Source of the DNA: Aplysia californica | Taxonomy: Eukaryota | Length of the DNA stretch: 64,000 nt | Assembly (NCBI RefSeq): GCF_000002075.1 | Contig: NW_004797275.1 | Span: 1,573,421 to 1,637,420 of the forward strand | Direction: 5' to 3' | The notes under the pieces: model-generated | Seen by the model: the letters and a program-made list of their open reading frames with translations, nothing else | Database searches by the model: none | What the model was told of the DNA's origin: nothing | Made by a program: the position numbers and the translations under genes | Part shown: piece by piece, positions 1 through 36,800 of the stretch | How the letters are laid out: each line of letters starts with the position of its first letter | Numbering within the stretch: the first letter of the stretch is position 1

Positions 1-494
1 GAGAGAGAGAGGGGGGGGAGAATGGGGGGAGAATAGAGATAGCTATCTTGTCTTCACATCAGTTTACGGTAACACCCAACAAGAGCCTCTTTTAAGAAAT
101 CTAGGCTAGAAATTATGTACAGTTGGTCTCAAGCAGACCCCGATACGTGATATTATGACACGAAGAAATATGTGATAATATCCTGTAGGCCTACGTAAAA
201 AATGCCTTAAGTTGGCACTCGACTCCACGTTTTCGGAGTTGCACTGCTAGGCCTATAGATCAAGGACCTTTTTTATTGTACTATAATAACCTCCTTGATC
301 TTGAGCTAAATCTCTAGATCTCGCTGATTTTATAAAAAATTATATTTTGCTTATCAGCATATTTACAATATGTATAATATAGATTATATTGTTGTTTAAA
401 CGTGGAAATTTAATATACAATAGCTCAGGTCGAATGTAATTCCATTGTTGTCGTTAACCAATCTTAATTTTTTAAATACTTTTCTCGGTATACT

Positions 495-772
495 CGAATT
501 GGCTGCGTTCTTTTAGTTGGAAAATCGTGAAATACCTGGTAGCGTAGTAATTCCACTTCCTGATATTATGGGAAATAAATTTCCCTGACAGAGATCCATA
601 ATTCCGCAGCCCAGCTCAGTGTTTACATTGCCTCGAGCTGTTGTTACGCCCGTGACATGCCTTTTGAGACTTGTGTAGAGATGTGATCTTTTCGTCGTTT
701 GGATATACTTTCAATAAAAAGAAACCAGTGTCTATGGTAAAAGTTAACTTTGTATCTGGGTGAAGTGACAAC
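495..772 (+). promoter_or_regulatory. Probable MEK promoter and 5' leader
   Basis: CpG-containing region upstream of ATG 773; reverse CCAAT (ATTGG ~498), ETS-like CACTTCCTG 554-562, Inr-like TCAGT 616-620. TSS not determinable. Confidence 0.45.
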
Positions 773-23221
<22,449 letters not shown>

Positions 23222-26200
23222 GTGGCCAGAGGTTGTAGTGATCATGGGCTCCAGACTGTGGAGCGACCATTTTCTGCGTACAGTTGTGCATGTTTGGATG
23301 AGTAGGAACACAGGTGTGTCCTGTGTGTCTGCTCTAGTATCGAATTTTTCTGTGAATGCACCTTAATGCATTGTGCCAGACTATTTTGATTTTTTTTTTT
23401 TCCCCATAAATATTTTTAGGGTTATTACGCTGTTTTCAGGTCATGTTGAAAATTTGGTGGTTGGAGGGGGCATTGTATTTTATTATTGTTGTTTTGCTAA
23501 ACGTTTTAGTAGGACCATTCAGAAGTTACGAATTGAAAATAAAATTTGCTTTTTTTTAAAACTGGAAAGGTTTGCGATGTTTTTTATACTAATTTCTCTT
23601 CGAGTGGACTGATTTTTGAAAGGTTCAATTTTTGTATTTAACATGTGGTATCTTAGATGAGTGTGTGAATGAATGCTTGTAAATCATTTAATAATTTTTG
23701 CTTGAAATGGTTTCCACTTTGCAAGATCTTTCACAAGTGTAGCATTAATACATGCTTGCACATTCAGCTTAAATGGTGATAGAAAAACCCAGAAGTGCTT
23801 CAGTCTTACAATGTGATAACTACACTGAGACCTGAAGTGCTGTCGAGGGATTTAAAAATAATCTAGAAAATGAGAGGTGTTTAAATGAACATTTTGAATA
23901 CAGGCGAAATATTTTTACCGCATGCAGAACTGATTCGCTTTTCTATCATTCTCTTGATTGTGGGAGATGTTTCCGAGTTTGGCAAATTTGAATGAGTGAA
24001 TGACTTGGGAGAGCTGTCTTCTTGGCAGAAGGAAACTCAGCATCAACCTCCCCATCATATCCAGGGGTAAACAGTAGGGCATATTGTGTGATTTACGTTT
24101 CATTGCTCATCTGTATCTTCAATGATGAAATGATTATTTGTTTTCCCTTTTTGTTTTTTTGTTTATTCGATTGTTTTGAAGAAGAATGTGATGGAATCTG
24201 AATGTTTTGTGTATGTAGGGCGGGGGATGATAATGATAAGTCGTGGTGTAATGTTCTCAATGTTTCACATTCCTCTTTGATGTATCATGTCACTGTCAGT
24301 GTCAGTCTTTCTGTACTGAGTTGTGCTTGCTTTGTTGTGTGCTGTCAGTGGGCATTGAGGAGGATTCTTTTCACATTTAGGTTTGCTCTTATTTGTTTTG
24401 AGCTATGGATGCTTTCTCCATCATAAGATTTATATATATGACAAATTTTTCACGATTTGTATCCTCGCAAGAACACTATTTTGCCCACGTGAACATAGAC
24501 ACTTGCTGGCTGATAATTTATGTGATGAGAAATTGCGGGGCATGGCAGAAGGATCAGTTACCTCTATAAATAAGCGTTGTATTCATGCATGTGTCTGTAA
24601 TAAAAGCTCATTTTTAGGGATTAATGTGACATTTTTGTCCGATAAAGTCTGCACTCATTGATTGAATCGTGTGTTTGTGTGAGCTGTGAAGGGTAGCATC
24701 AATATTAAAGAGAAAAAAAGCACTATGCTTGTGTTAGCAGTCCTGACGTGCGTTAATAGTTTGTAGAAAACTGCCAACTTCTGATGTAAGATGAACAAAA
24801 GTTACCTCATTTGTCACAAAGTTGTTCTTTTCTGTTGTGATTATGCTTCTCTCTTTTTCCTATTAAAAGGTAGAAACTAATTTGTCGCATTGTGCTTTCA
24901 GACTGTTGACTTTCATATGATTTGGTTGATAAGTCTAAAAAGTTACTTTGTGATAGTACTTTTTTTTTACATTGAGTTACAGCGAGAGAAAAAATGGGTG
25001 TAAAAATTGGAAGGTGACAAATTCATTTTTAAATAACTCAAGTTTGTATTGTTTGATATTGTCTTTATTTGTTTGATGTAAGTATGTACTTATGGTTGTT
25101 GTGAAGTGGCTTGATTAAGGTCTCCTTGTTAGTGGCTTTGGGCGTGTCAAGACAAGCTCGATCGAGTTTCTTCAGAAATTGTCTTTGTAGCTGTGAATAG
25201 ACAAAGCTTTCCATTTGTGCATTATTTCCTCTTGAAAACAAGTTCACAATAAAATTCAGAGATTCCAGACAATGATTTTTTTTTGTAGCTGCTGAAGTTT
25301 GAGCACTCTATTTTTTTGGCCTCATTTTTATGCAGATATGAATGATTTTGCAAAGCTGATTGGCATCCTTCAGTGGTTCTTCTTGTTTTCCCAAGTCTGT
25401 GATAGATCTGGCAATGTTTGGCATTGTCCAATTTGTATTGGTATTGGTACAAAACATTTGCAGGGATAGTAATATCTGTTCATAAATGTTTGGACACCTC
25501 AAAAAGTATACGTAGGCATTTTTTGGTTCTTTTTGGTTTACTAAATGTTACATTTACTACGCCCTGTCCTATAGCTCTTCTATAGTTCTCCTGTTCAATC
25601 AAATGGGGGGGGGAGAATAGAAGAGTTGGCTGTTCTTGGGTTTGGAGTGAAAGTGTTTGGGGTTTTGTTTGGCAGGGCCTGGTTTGAGATTAGGTCTAGG
25701 GGAGTCAAAAGACTTGATGTTGTAGGGGGCGTTGCTGTGTTTTGGCCTATGATGAGGTTTAGATAGTTTGTCGACAGATTCCATCTGCTCTGTTTGTTTT
25801 CTGGTCAGCTCCATTGTCCTAGCTTATTGCAGTAGGTCATTTAAAGTCATATTTGGGTTTGTTAGTAATGTTAGACCCTTTTCCTTGACCTTGATGGATG
25901 AGCAGCCAAATATCAGTTGCGACTTGATTTCCTCTTCTGGGTTTACAAACTGACATGTTCCGGCAAACTTGATGTACCGGAACGACACTTGTTGATTCAA
26001 CAAATTCACTCTCTTATCATGATTTTGTCACACTCTAGTAACACCCTAGTATCCAATTATAAATAATAATGATCATACGTTTTGTGCCCAACACAATGTT
26101 TTGAATCAAAGCAGCATTTGTGTATGCCGGGCTTGTGAAAGACTCTCTGAACACTAGACACATCAAAGAACCGGTTAGATTTACACTGTACACACCACGC

Positions 26201-29200
26201 ACGCACACACTACACAGACCGGCGGGAGGCTGGGATCGACTGCGGTGTAGGACTCCACCTCGCCGTGTGGAGTCCGGATTAAGTTGCCTGATAGTTTAGC
26301 GCCTTTGTGATACCCCTCAGGGCTGCACAGCTCACGAGCATGAGATAAAATCCCCAGTTGAACACAGCTACTAATGGCGCTTAATGTTTCCTCAACAACA
26401 TTAGCACAAGTGCAGCAGTAACAAGGCTTTTTTCCTGTTTGGGATGTAGGTACTGTAAACACTAGATACACTGTGTTTGAGAGATTACTAAGTAGTAAAA
26501 TCGACTCCTTAGAGATTAAGAGAATATTCAGTTGGGGGGAAGGTTTTTGTTATCGGTGCTCTGGTTTTTGCTTTTTTTGTTATTTATTTTGTACATACAT
26601 ATCATAGATCCTATTGTGTTCATGATCATTGTAGATTAAACGAGTTACAAATGTGTTATGGCTACTTTTGGTCAAGATTGTCTAGCTTTCAGACTTTATT
26701 GTTAAATATTAAGAAGAGCAAAAGAGTTGAAGTCACAACTGAAGTAAGATTACAAACTCAGACCCTTCTTGTGAAAGTTATTACACTAAACAGCCCTTTG
26801 AAAGCTGTCACTATTTCACGTTTTGCTCCTATGAGGTTGTTGGAGAGAGGAAATGTAACCTTTTCTCCAAAAATAGACATCAGTGATCACAATAAATAAT
26901 GCTTTCAACTTGAACTTTTTCGGCTGAGCACATAAACAACAGTGTCGATTTTTTAAGGCTGTGGCACCAGTAAATGTTGTTCAAAGTTCAGTTGAATCTC
27001 CCGACTATAAATATAAAGTGAAAATATAAAAAAAACTTAAAATGAGTCCGCTTTGAAAAATCTACACGTCTTGGTAATTTGTCAGTGAGAAAGTATGGAG
27101 GTTTTTCAAGGTCTTTGGCTACATAAAAACGTAGTAATTGTAGTAGTAGGTAGTGCTGCTTACGGTTTTTGAGAAAATGTCTTGAGACTGGGGGCATGAG
27201 TGTATGTAGAGAACTGAAGGAAGTCTGCTCTGTGAGAGATATAATTGACCTGACTATGCATCATGGTGAAGGGCATGTTGTGCCAATGTGTTTTCCGTTT
27301 CTGTTGTATTCCCCCATCTGTCTGTAAGATAAGCACCATTTTGGTTTGGATTTTGTTTTGATGTGTGTGCCCTTCAACAGTTGAGAACCTGCGTCAGTTG
27401 TGCAAATGACGAGAGTTCAGTTTCTGCTTTTGGAAGTCTAGTTACATTGAGTGTCTCTGTTTTTCTGCTGGGATGCTTTACCCCTCTCAGCATGATAAGT
27501 AAGGGCTAAGCAGCCGGTCCCTTAGTTGATCTAAATTTTGTTTATAGGAGGTCTGCCCCAAATCAATCCAGCTTGTTTTTGTTGTTATCGATCCAGGTCC
27601 GCCCCTCCCCCCCCCCCCCCCCAAAAAAAAGAAAGAAATGTGTTTGTGCTTGTGAAATTTTAAGAAACAGCTTCCTATCTTTAGATCAACTTCTTTATCA
27701 GTAAATTTGAAGATTTTTGCTCTTTCACAAGTGAAATGTGTCAATTTTTTACTGTTTGTATTGTGCAGTTAGTAATCCAGAGTACTTTGTATTGCCTTTT
27801 GTACCATACAATTTTAGTTTAGTGCACATGTTGTGAACAAATGACGTAATGTTTCGCGGAACTTGTTCGGAGTGTGGCTGTTATTGATAGCCTTTCTTGT
27901 TTTGTAATGACTTTTCAGGACTGAAAGAAAGCTTTCATCTACATCTAATTTATTGAACTTTCTGCAAAAGAAGTATTTTAAAAATAGCACTGGATTTCAA
28001 GAAAATACATTTTTGTTTGTGACAGAACAATGGACTATTTGCCATGTAAAGGAAAACAATATGAGACACTAAGCAGTTTTTTCAGAAGAGATGGTATTTA
28101 ATAAGGGATGTATTGTTCTAAGGGAGAGTGCTTTATCAGATGTTAACTCACTGAAGACTGAAGGATTTTACTATGTACAGGCACCGAAAACTGGAGGTTT
28201 TTGGGTTTTTAAAAATTAAGTTACATAAAATCTGAACCATTTAAAAAAATACAATGCCCTTTTGACACAATCAAGGACAATACAGTAAACATACCAAAGT
28301 ACAAGTGTAAATCTCTGCTGGATTATTTGTCATGATTTTTTAGTGAAAAAGTTAAATTCGATGTAAAAAAATCACGAATAAGAAAATTAGAGACGTCATA
28401 TAGACAATCACCGCAATTTACTACACAGTCTTAAGCAGTCACCTAACTAAAAATGCTCTGGATAAAAAATTATCGATCGACCGATATTCAGGAAATTTTT
28501 TGTGGAACGAAACAAATGGCTACGCATACGTCTAAGTCTAAGCCAGATCCCGTGCTTTTAGCGGCATTTATAAAGACGCTATCGGCAATAATGACAATAC
28601 TACGTTTTCCACCGGAACCCGTGTTTTTAGCGAGAAACATCTTCAGTGAATTAAAACAAAGTCATCTTCAGAAATGAAAATGTAGTTCAGTACCCTGCTT
28701 CCCTCACTGCTTTTACAATCAGAGTATTCAGAGATAAAGCCTTTATCTTTTCAGTACCGTACATCTTTTTTTTCATCGGTCTTATGGATGGCATGAACTC
28801 GGCTCCTCTCTATCTCAAACGAAGTTAAGCGTGTTGTCTTCAATTATGGTAATTATTATATTCGTTATAATCATTGTTTTGTGCTAAAGCAAGTAATGAC
28901 ATTCTTTTGTATGTTAATTCTAAATAATAAGTATCATATGCTGTATGACAAGCTTTGGATGTCCCTCCCTCTCACTTTGCCAATTGCACAAGGTGTATGT
29001 CTGTATGATTATTCTTTCAATGAATTTTGACATGGATCGAAATTTATCCGAATATTGTGTTGAATTAAAGTTTATATATTATATTTATAAAATGAATAAG
29101 ATCTTTAGACTTTTCATTGAAGGTCCTCGGCCAATATCGCATTGTATGTTTACTAAAAAGTGTACAAGTTATTTTCTCATCCTGCGTGACATCCCTTGAA

Positions 29201-32200
29201 GTTTTTCAGTGCTGAAAAAGTTTCCACCAAATTTTTATTTGTTAATGTTTCAACCTTTTGAGAATAGCTTATAAATTCGAATGAAGTTGAAAAAAGCTGA
29301 CAGGGTGGGATTCCACGATGTGAACGGTGTGCTAATCCATGTCAGTGTCTGTGTGGTTAGGTTTAATCTTTTGGGGTTCATTTTTTGTTTTGTTTTGTAT
29401 TCTGCTTATTTAAGTCTTTTTACTTTAAATTTAAAGTCAACCATTGAAAATGATGTTAACTGATAATAATAATCTAGTTTTAGCTGCTCTAACAAAGACC
29501 ATAGTGCAAACAACTGAAAGTGAAATGATTGCTGTACATTGTTCATGCATTTTTTTTACAGTGAAGAAAAATTCCTTGACTGTAGCAGTTACATCTTCTA
29601 CTGACCCACAACTAACACTGGAATGAGTAATAATGTGTTCATGTCTTGTAAATGGAGTTTGAAGCAAAAAAATAATAAAAACTAAGTAAATAAAATAATT
29701 CACAATAAATGAGAAAAGGAGAAAAAAAGGTACTTGTACTTGTCTGTAGTATTTGTTGCAAATACGTGTGTTTGAATACTATGTTGTGTGTCTGTGTTTT
29801 GAAGTAAGAAGGAAAAGCAGAGAAACCATTGAGCAGGAGAAAGTGTATTTTGGGTGCTTTTTTTTTTCATAGTGTAAGGGAGACTAGATCATACTAGATG
29901 TAAAAGTACTATGAAATATGATGATACTATAGTAAGAACAGGTCAACTCTTTGGTAGTTTTCCACTTGTGAATAGTGAGATGTGTGGACAGTAACAGGTC
30001 ATTGTAATTGTGTAGCTCCAATAATTTAGGTGAAATGTTGGGCAACCAATCAAAATCGGACTCAAGTGGCTGAGAATGGAAATGTGAACCTTTTAATAAT
30101 GAAAGTTGAAAGGCTAGCACCATACAATCGAATTAAAACACATCAAAATCTATACTGAAACCTGTTTGAGTGTATAGTTTCTTTGACTTGAATGGAAGAA
30201 TGACATGCTGATGTCAGGGTGAAACAAGTTCTTCCCTGTTTTGTCAAAACAAAGGGATTGATCGTGGCATTATACACCTGTTGTAGGCAACTTGTAGGTG
30301 AGGAAAAAGGAAAGAAGATTTTGTTCCGATTTTTGCGTTTATTGTAGCTGGTAACTTGCCTAAACTGCAAGCAATTATATGGCCTTATTGTGTTGCAAAT
30401 GCCGTAAAACTCTTATTAAAATTAGGGGGGAAAACCCTTAAACTTCGAGTAAACGAGGTTATAACAGAGCTCCGGCAAATATACCGGGTATATATATATA
30501 TATCATTGGCAAGCTGTTCAACTGTTGTAAGTCCTGAAAGCAAATTATTTTTAGAAGAGATAAAAACTTGATAGAAAGTTGTCTGTACAGTTACTGTTAC
30601 TGTTATTCCCTATGCGGATCAATTTCTTCCCTTTGTTCTGTCTGCCCCTCTTTGGACAAACAGTGTTATAATAACAAAGTTACAGCCCTTAAGACACACT
30701 GTACTACCCCACTTATCAGGGAAGAGAACTTGCTATGTAGAGTTCACCACTCCTCTAGAGTAGAAGCAAGTCTTTCACTCTGGACCATTCATGCTCAAAC
30801 CTGCCTATTCTGTGATGATCAACAATAAAACTACAAACGGTCATTTTAAAAAAAGCAAACATTTGGAGAAAAAAAGAATGGTGTCACCCAGACTCCCACC
30901 CCTGTAGATTAAGAACGTCATATTACACGTACAGATGTTGGAAACTTGCACAAACACCAAAATGTCAGTGTTGAGTCGGACCAGACTGGAACACGCCCCC
31001 CAGCATTGCAGGACACACAGAGCCCTGAGACATAAAATGTGGCCAACCCCATTATCATTAACACTACAAGAAAAACCATATATGGGTCAACAGAGGATTT
31101 AGCAGGAAGGCCTGTATATAACTGTACAACAGACACCAGTGTTCAAGTGTGATGCGAGAGAAGAAGAAAATGATGTCATGAAGCTATTGTTGCATAAAAA
31201 TATTTTTTTAAATGAAAAAACATGTCGTATCCTAGAAACTATTTTGTCCCAAGTGTACTTAAGTAAAATAATTCTGAGGCGACGATGTGGTGAAACTATC
31301 AGTACTCGCATTGCCTGTTGAACAAGTGTATAGATCCACTTTCTTTACAATAAATCTTATAGTTATAGGCTGCTGGGAACAAAATTTACATAAAAACAAA
31401 CCAGTCTCACAAGGCTTAAAAAAATCAGACAAACCAAGTTTTCTCAAGGCATTTGGTTAAGTCGGCATAGTGCGTACAGCAGTGTGATATGGCAGCCAGC
31501 GAAACATTTTTTGAAGTTGGATTGAAAGAATGTTGCTGTTCTCCACTCGCTTCAACTTTAATTAAGAGACTGACGTTAAATAAAGGAGGGCTCACTTCAA
31601 TACAGTCCAGTCCATTTATAACAGCCTCTGTTATTGTTATTACTGGAACTTGGAATAACAGTGATAAATCAAATCCCCGTTTTTTTAAATCTATAAGTAT
31701 AAGTAATCTGAACCTGCCTATAACAGGGTCCAATTTGCACAGATTCTGATACATATATATATAACAGTGATTGTGGAGTGCATGAACTTGCTTTCGATCC
31801 GTCAAATTATTAAAATTTGTCTCAACCAAGACATTTCGCCTGTTTGTATGATTGTTTGCCAAAACACAAATTTTCAAACACATACCCCTCTATCTATTGT
31901 GTTGGGGTCACTGATTGATTCCGTCTCAGTGTCAGCAAAACAGCCTACTGGAAAAGGATCTGCGGTAATTGAATATGTAAGTAGGCTGAAGGTGTAATGG
32001 TACTGCGGTAGTTCCCCTTGGTAACCGTAATAACAAGGAAATACTGAAGGTCCAGTCTGTCCTGTTCTATCTTGAGTTTTACTGTATTACTATTACCTTA
32101 TTGTGTTGTAAGGGGCATTCACATGACATTGTCATTAAGTCGTCTAAATCTACAGGGGCCAGATTGTGGGTGATGCTAATTTTTCCTCCCCAACGTTCTC

Positions 32201-32920
32201 TTGTTTTATTTTGAGAATCACACAACATTCCACAATCAGAATTTAATTTGCACACAAGTCTGTCTCTCTAAATATCCTGTCACAGTTTAGACAAGCCCAT
32301 GTGGTATTAGCATTATACAAGAACACTGAACCTGATGAGATTTACTCTTTCTCCAGCCTAAGCTGTCAGCAGGTTGTGTAAAAATGTAGCAATGAATTGT
32401 AAGTGAGAATGCCTGAAGCATTCCTTTTGCCATAGCCATGCTTGTGAGTGGGAATGATGAAGAAGACAAGAAAATATACAGTAATAAATCGTATATATTA
32501 TATATGACAAAATGTACCTTTAAGCAGAGCTGGCATTTTCACAACCTGCATTTAGATTTTAGACAAGCTACTGAAATTTTGAAGTTAATCTGGCCATGTC
32601 AGGCCCACATATCTTTTAAGTAAACCACCCTTCCCCAAATAAAATACACAAAGACTTTATTGTGAGTGTGAAGTGTGGAATATATTCTTCCGCTCATCAA
32701 ATTATTCAAAGAGGATATTGCACATGATTATCTTCTCTTAGTCTTGAGTATTAAAAAAGGCACATTTCCTGCAGAATGAAATCACAATGCATTAAGAAGG
32801 GTCAAAGAAACTCTCTGTCCCTTGTCTATGCAAGAATCATTGACACTTTTATAGACATAGATTATAGAGATATACAAAAAAATTGATTGTATTGCTTTAC
32901 ATATAATATGTCTATTTCAG

Positions 32921-33834
32921 TCATGAACCATCATGTTTTGAATTGCCATTAGAAGATGATGAAAAACTGCTCTGTTTCTTCAACTTCAAAGAAGATTGGG
33001 CAACCCCAAGGTTCTGTTCATATGACTTTGGCTTGTTTTTTGACACTGTGAAAATTCTCGAAGATGTTTTTCTACCAGAGCTCAGTGGTTGTGAACGGGC
33101 ACTTTTTCCTTCTGTAGGAGCTAGTACCTGAGTCAAGTCATCTTCATTACTGTTCAGTCGTTTTGACCCAGAATCAGGGCTAGCCGACTTCAACTGGGAA
33201 GTAAAATCGTTGATCCATTCTTTATCTGGTACCCACTTCGAAGACGGTTTTTGAGCCCCTGATTTCCTGCTGCTTCTGAGTTCAGGATGTTCATTGCGCT
33301 CCAATGCCTGACCTGCCTCATTGGAGGAGATAAAACCTCCACTATTAAGTGCCTCTCTTTTAGTTGACTTTTCTTCTTTTGTCCCTTTTTGATGATCTTT
33401 TGGGGCACTTTCATCAAAAGCACTGACCCAATCAGAGTCCTCGTCCAAATAGCTGCGGAGAATAGTAGGGTCCTCAACAACAATTCTGTCTGGTTTCGAT
33501 GTGTGCCCACGACAAGCAGCAGACATTTGGGACAGGTCCTCGTTAGAATCACGAGATGGGTTCTCTACAATAGTCTCTTCTGTCACTTCCACCAAGCTTT
33601 CTTTTGAACCAGCTCTTGACGAGCTCATTCCATTGGAATATGGCAACCATTGTTTCTCATATTTGGCTTCTAAATCCTCAATAAGGTTCTGAAGTTCCCG
33701 ATCCCTTCGCTTTTGCTCTTCTCGTACAGACTTCTTTTCCCTGATAGCTTTGTCCCGACGTTGTTGACACTGGAACTCTACCGCTGCCAGTTTAGACATC
33801 AAGTCCGCACCATAGGCTCCAAATGCATCTGCTC
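32921..33834 (-). CDS. Terminal exon of the uncharacterised coiled-coil gene
   Basis: ttgcag acceptor; GADAFGAYGADLMSKLAAVEFQCQQRRDK...KHDGS then TGA; matches the 293-aa ORF. Confidence 0.9.
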
Positions 33835-36800
33835 CTGCAAGACAGAAAAAAAAATCAAGGAGTTAGATGAAAAGTATCATTAGGAAGAACAATTTAAGAT
33901 GAAGTCAAAATCATCTGCTTTTATTTTTACTCCAGTACAATCCTCAAATAAATTGACTTATCAATGGGTCCAGACATGCCATATTTATCCCATCTTGAGT
34001 CCAAGACACAGAAAAAGTTTGTCTTTCTCAGAAAAACAGGACTTAAGGCAAATCAGAACGAAAGAAAGCCTCAGACCATCACAACATAAGAGGGAAATAC
34101 AGAGAGCATAGAACACACCGAGTACATATTGGGCCTTCAAAAGGTGAAAGATATTTTTTTAAAGTAAAATAAAATTAAGTTAATAAGGCACATCACCCCA
34201 GCGCAAGAAAGTTCACTGGGCTGACACAAACAGCTAAAATGAGGAATTACAGGTCACTTTAATTATACTGAAACATTCAGGATCAGCCCATTGGCTCTAC
34301 TCCTTTTGTTAAGAAAAATAGCTTAACAAAAACTTGTTCTTCTTAATTTTCCTATAATATACAAAAATCTCTAACACCCTGCCGAGTAAAGTAGAGCAAT
34401 TTTGATAAATACACAGAATTTTTTTACTGAATCTTCAACATGAGATATGAAATATGAAAACACTGTATACACTAAAACAGAAAAAAATGAAAGTCTCATT
34501 ACCATTGCTATCACTGGTAGTCTTGTCAAACATGTCAATGACAGATGAAAGCTGAAAGGAAGTTGAAAATGTTATGAAATTTAATCCTTTTCTTAACTTC
34601 ATCTCAATTAACTATACAATGTACCATCACATCAATTTTCTACTGGTATAACACCCCCCACACACACACACAAGCACCTGTACACCATGCCTTCTTTTCT
34701 GCCTTCTGTATCAATATCATGGCAATAAGAAAGCATTCTCAAAAGCTAAGCATTTATTAAACTATAGGAGCAATACCACCAATCAATGATACAAACACAC
34801 CTAGTTCAAACATATGTGAGGCATCGTGGTGAAATCAGGCGCTCGTCAAAATAATGAAATCAAAGAAAATGGCATTTTTCCGCCAGTTTGAAAATTGTTG
34901 TCAAAATTTTGGTTTTCGGCTCAACACCTTTTATGTCCATATAAAAACACATTTCCATGTGAATTTTAAAGAAAAAGGTTGGTTAAAGGCATAAAATATG
35001 TAATTTTTCAGTTTTCAAAGACTATCAAGCTGTTGAAGTTACCAAACTTTGGCAGCCATTTTCTCGCTAATTTTACCACTGAATCCAGATGACCCCATCT
35101 TCTTCAATAATAAATATCTAGACTTCATATATTGGTATTTTTTTCATTGAAAGCAAGGCAACTGAATGAGCTATCAGACGATACCAATAACTCCACATGC
35201 CCAAAAATTGACGAGCGCCTGATTCCATCCCATTGTGACACATACTTTAATGTTAAACACTTGATAAATTTTGAAAGTTGTAATTTCCACACATTTTTTA
35301 AAGAGAGAATACAATGACAGTTAAAAGAAAAATTTAAGCCAGCCACCAAATCATAGCCAATTTAACACATGGCCAATATGTTCAGGTCAAGGGTTCTAAT
35401 TCAAGTTTTTTTAAAAATCAAATGTCATCTCTCCGAAAATTAGTTTACCCATAACCTAGTTCTGACAAGTGACCAAGATACAAAATGACCAACTGGGAAA
35501 TTACCTAAATATAATTTATTTGTCAAGAGGGATGAACAACTTCAGTATCAATGAAAGGGGATGGATTTGATAAACAAAAATACAGAAAATTTGTTCTTTT
35601 GGTACATCAAACTTAAGATCTATAACTTATATTACCTGTAGTTCATTTTCTTTAATAATGAGAAGAAAATCTCTCAGAGCAGCCTCTGATGTGGACTTTT
35701 TGAGTTTCTTGTAAGCACCAAGCATATCTGAAATTTTGAAATTCATTTCTTAGTTAAGTAATGACAATAAACGACGAATGAAATAATTGCATATGGTATC
35801 CCAAATTTAATCATCATTTCATTTTCTGCCTCAAAATAAAAATAAATAACATCCCTGATGTGTTTGACTATAAAGTAAGTAATAAATGGAGAACACTTTT
35901 CTTTATTACCTGAATATTACCTACATAAATCTATAGTGCATGAACATGCCCTGAACTGTTTAGCTGTGTTCATGTGTACTACATGTATTTGGCATACCAA
36001 AAATTAGAAGGAACTTCTAAACTTTTTGTTTGTTTTTGTAAAGTGTTTTACAGCGCTCGCAACTGCATAAGGTCATATGAGCGCGTGGGACACACCTAAT
36101 ATTTTCAGTTGGTAGGAAATTTTGAATTTTGCCCGGGTGGCGGCCGAAGCCTACTCTTATCGATTTTAGACCACCAAGGGATCTTTAACGTGCGCAACTT
36201 GCACACGGGCCCTATGAGATTTTTCGCCCTTGTCCAAGAAGGCTAGGTGTAGATCTTTCCTACCAAAAGATCAGGGGTGTGGCAGAAAGACAGCAGTAAG
36301 GAGGAGTCAAGGAGTAGCAGTGGAAAGGCTGCAGAAAGAGTCAGGAGCCCAGAGGAGGGGGGCAAAGGAGGTGAGGGGGTGGGGACAGAAAGTGGAAATG
36401 AAAGCAGACAACAGAACATTGCTAGAGAGCAGGAAAGGAGGTGAAAGGAGACAATTTTAGAGAAGAAAATTTTTTGGTCGCTACCCGGATTCGAACCCGG
36501 GACCTTTGAATGAGAGGCCAACACCTTAACCTCTAGGCCACGAGAGCCCCCTCCTTCTAAACTTTACAATACAATGGTAGCATACAGCCATTCTACAGTT
36601 GAAGTAGTTGAACCAGTCCAGGACGACCATCGAGGAGAAAAGCAGTCACCTTAAACAGGTGGTTGTCTTCAACAGTGTCAGTACAATGTAATAAAAAACA
36701 AAAACAAAACAGGAGTGAAGCGGGAAATGGTCATTTGTACAGGTGGTTTTGGACAAAATATTGGTACAATGGTTGAAGAATGAAACAGTTTTTTTCTCTC

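Noticed and set aside
26250-26300. Second HDV-like ribozyme (CCTCGC followed by a stem and GG)
   Set aside because: No P2 or P3 5' strands; it folds as a simple hairpin.
36475-36550. tRNA gene on - strand
   Set aside because: Acceptor and T stems do not pair properly; it is the head of a TSD-flanked SINE.
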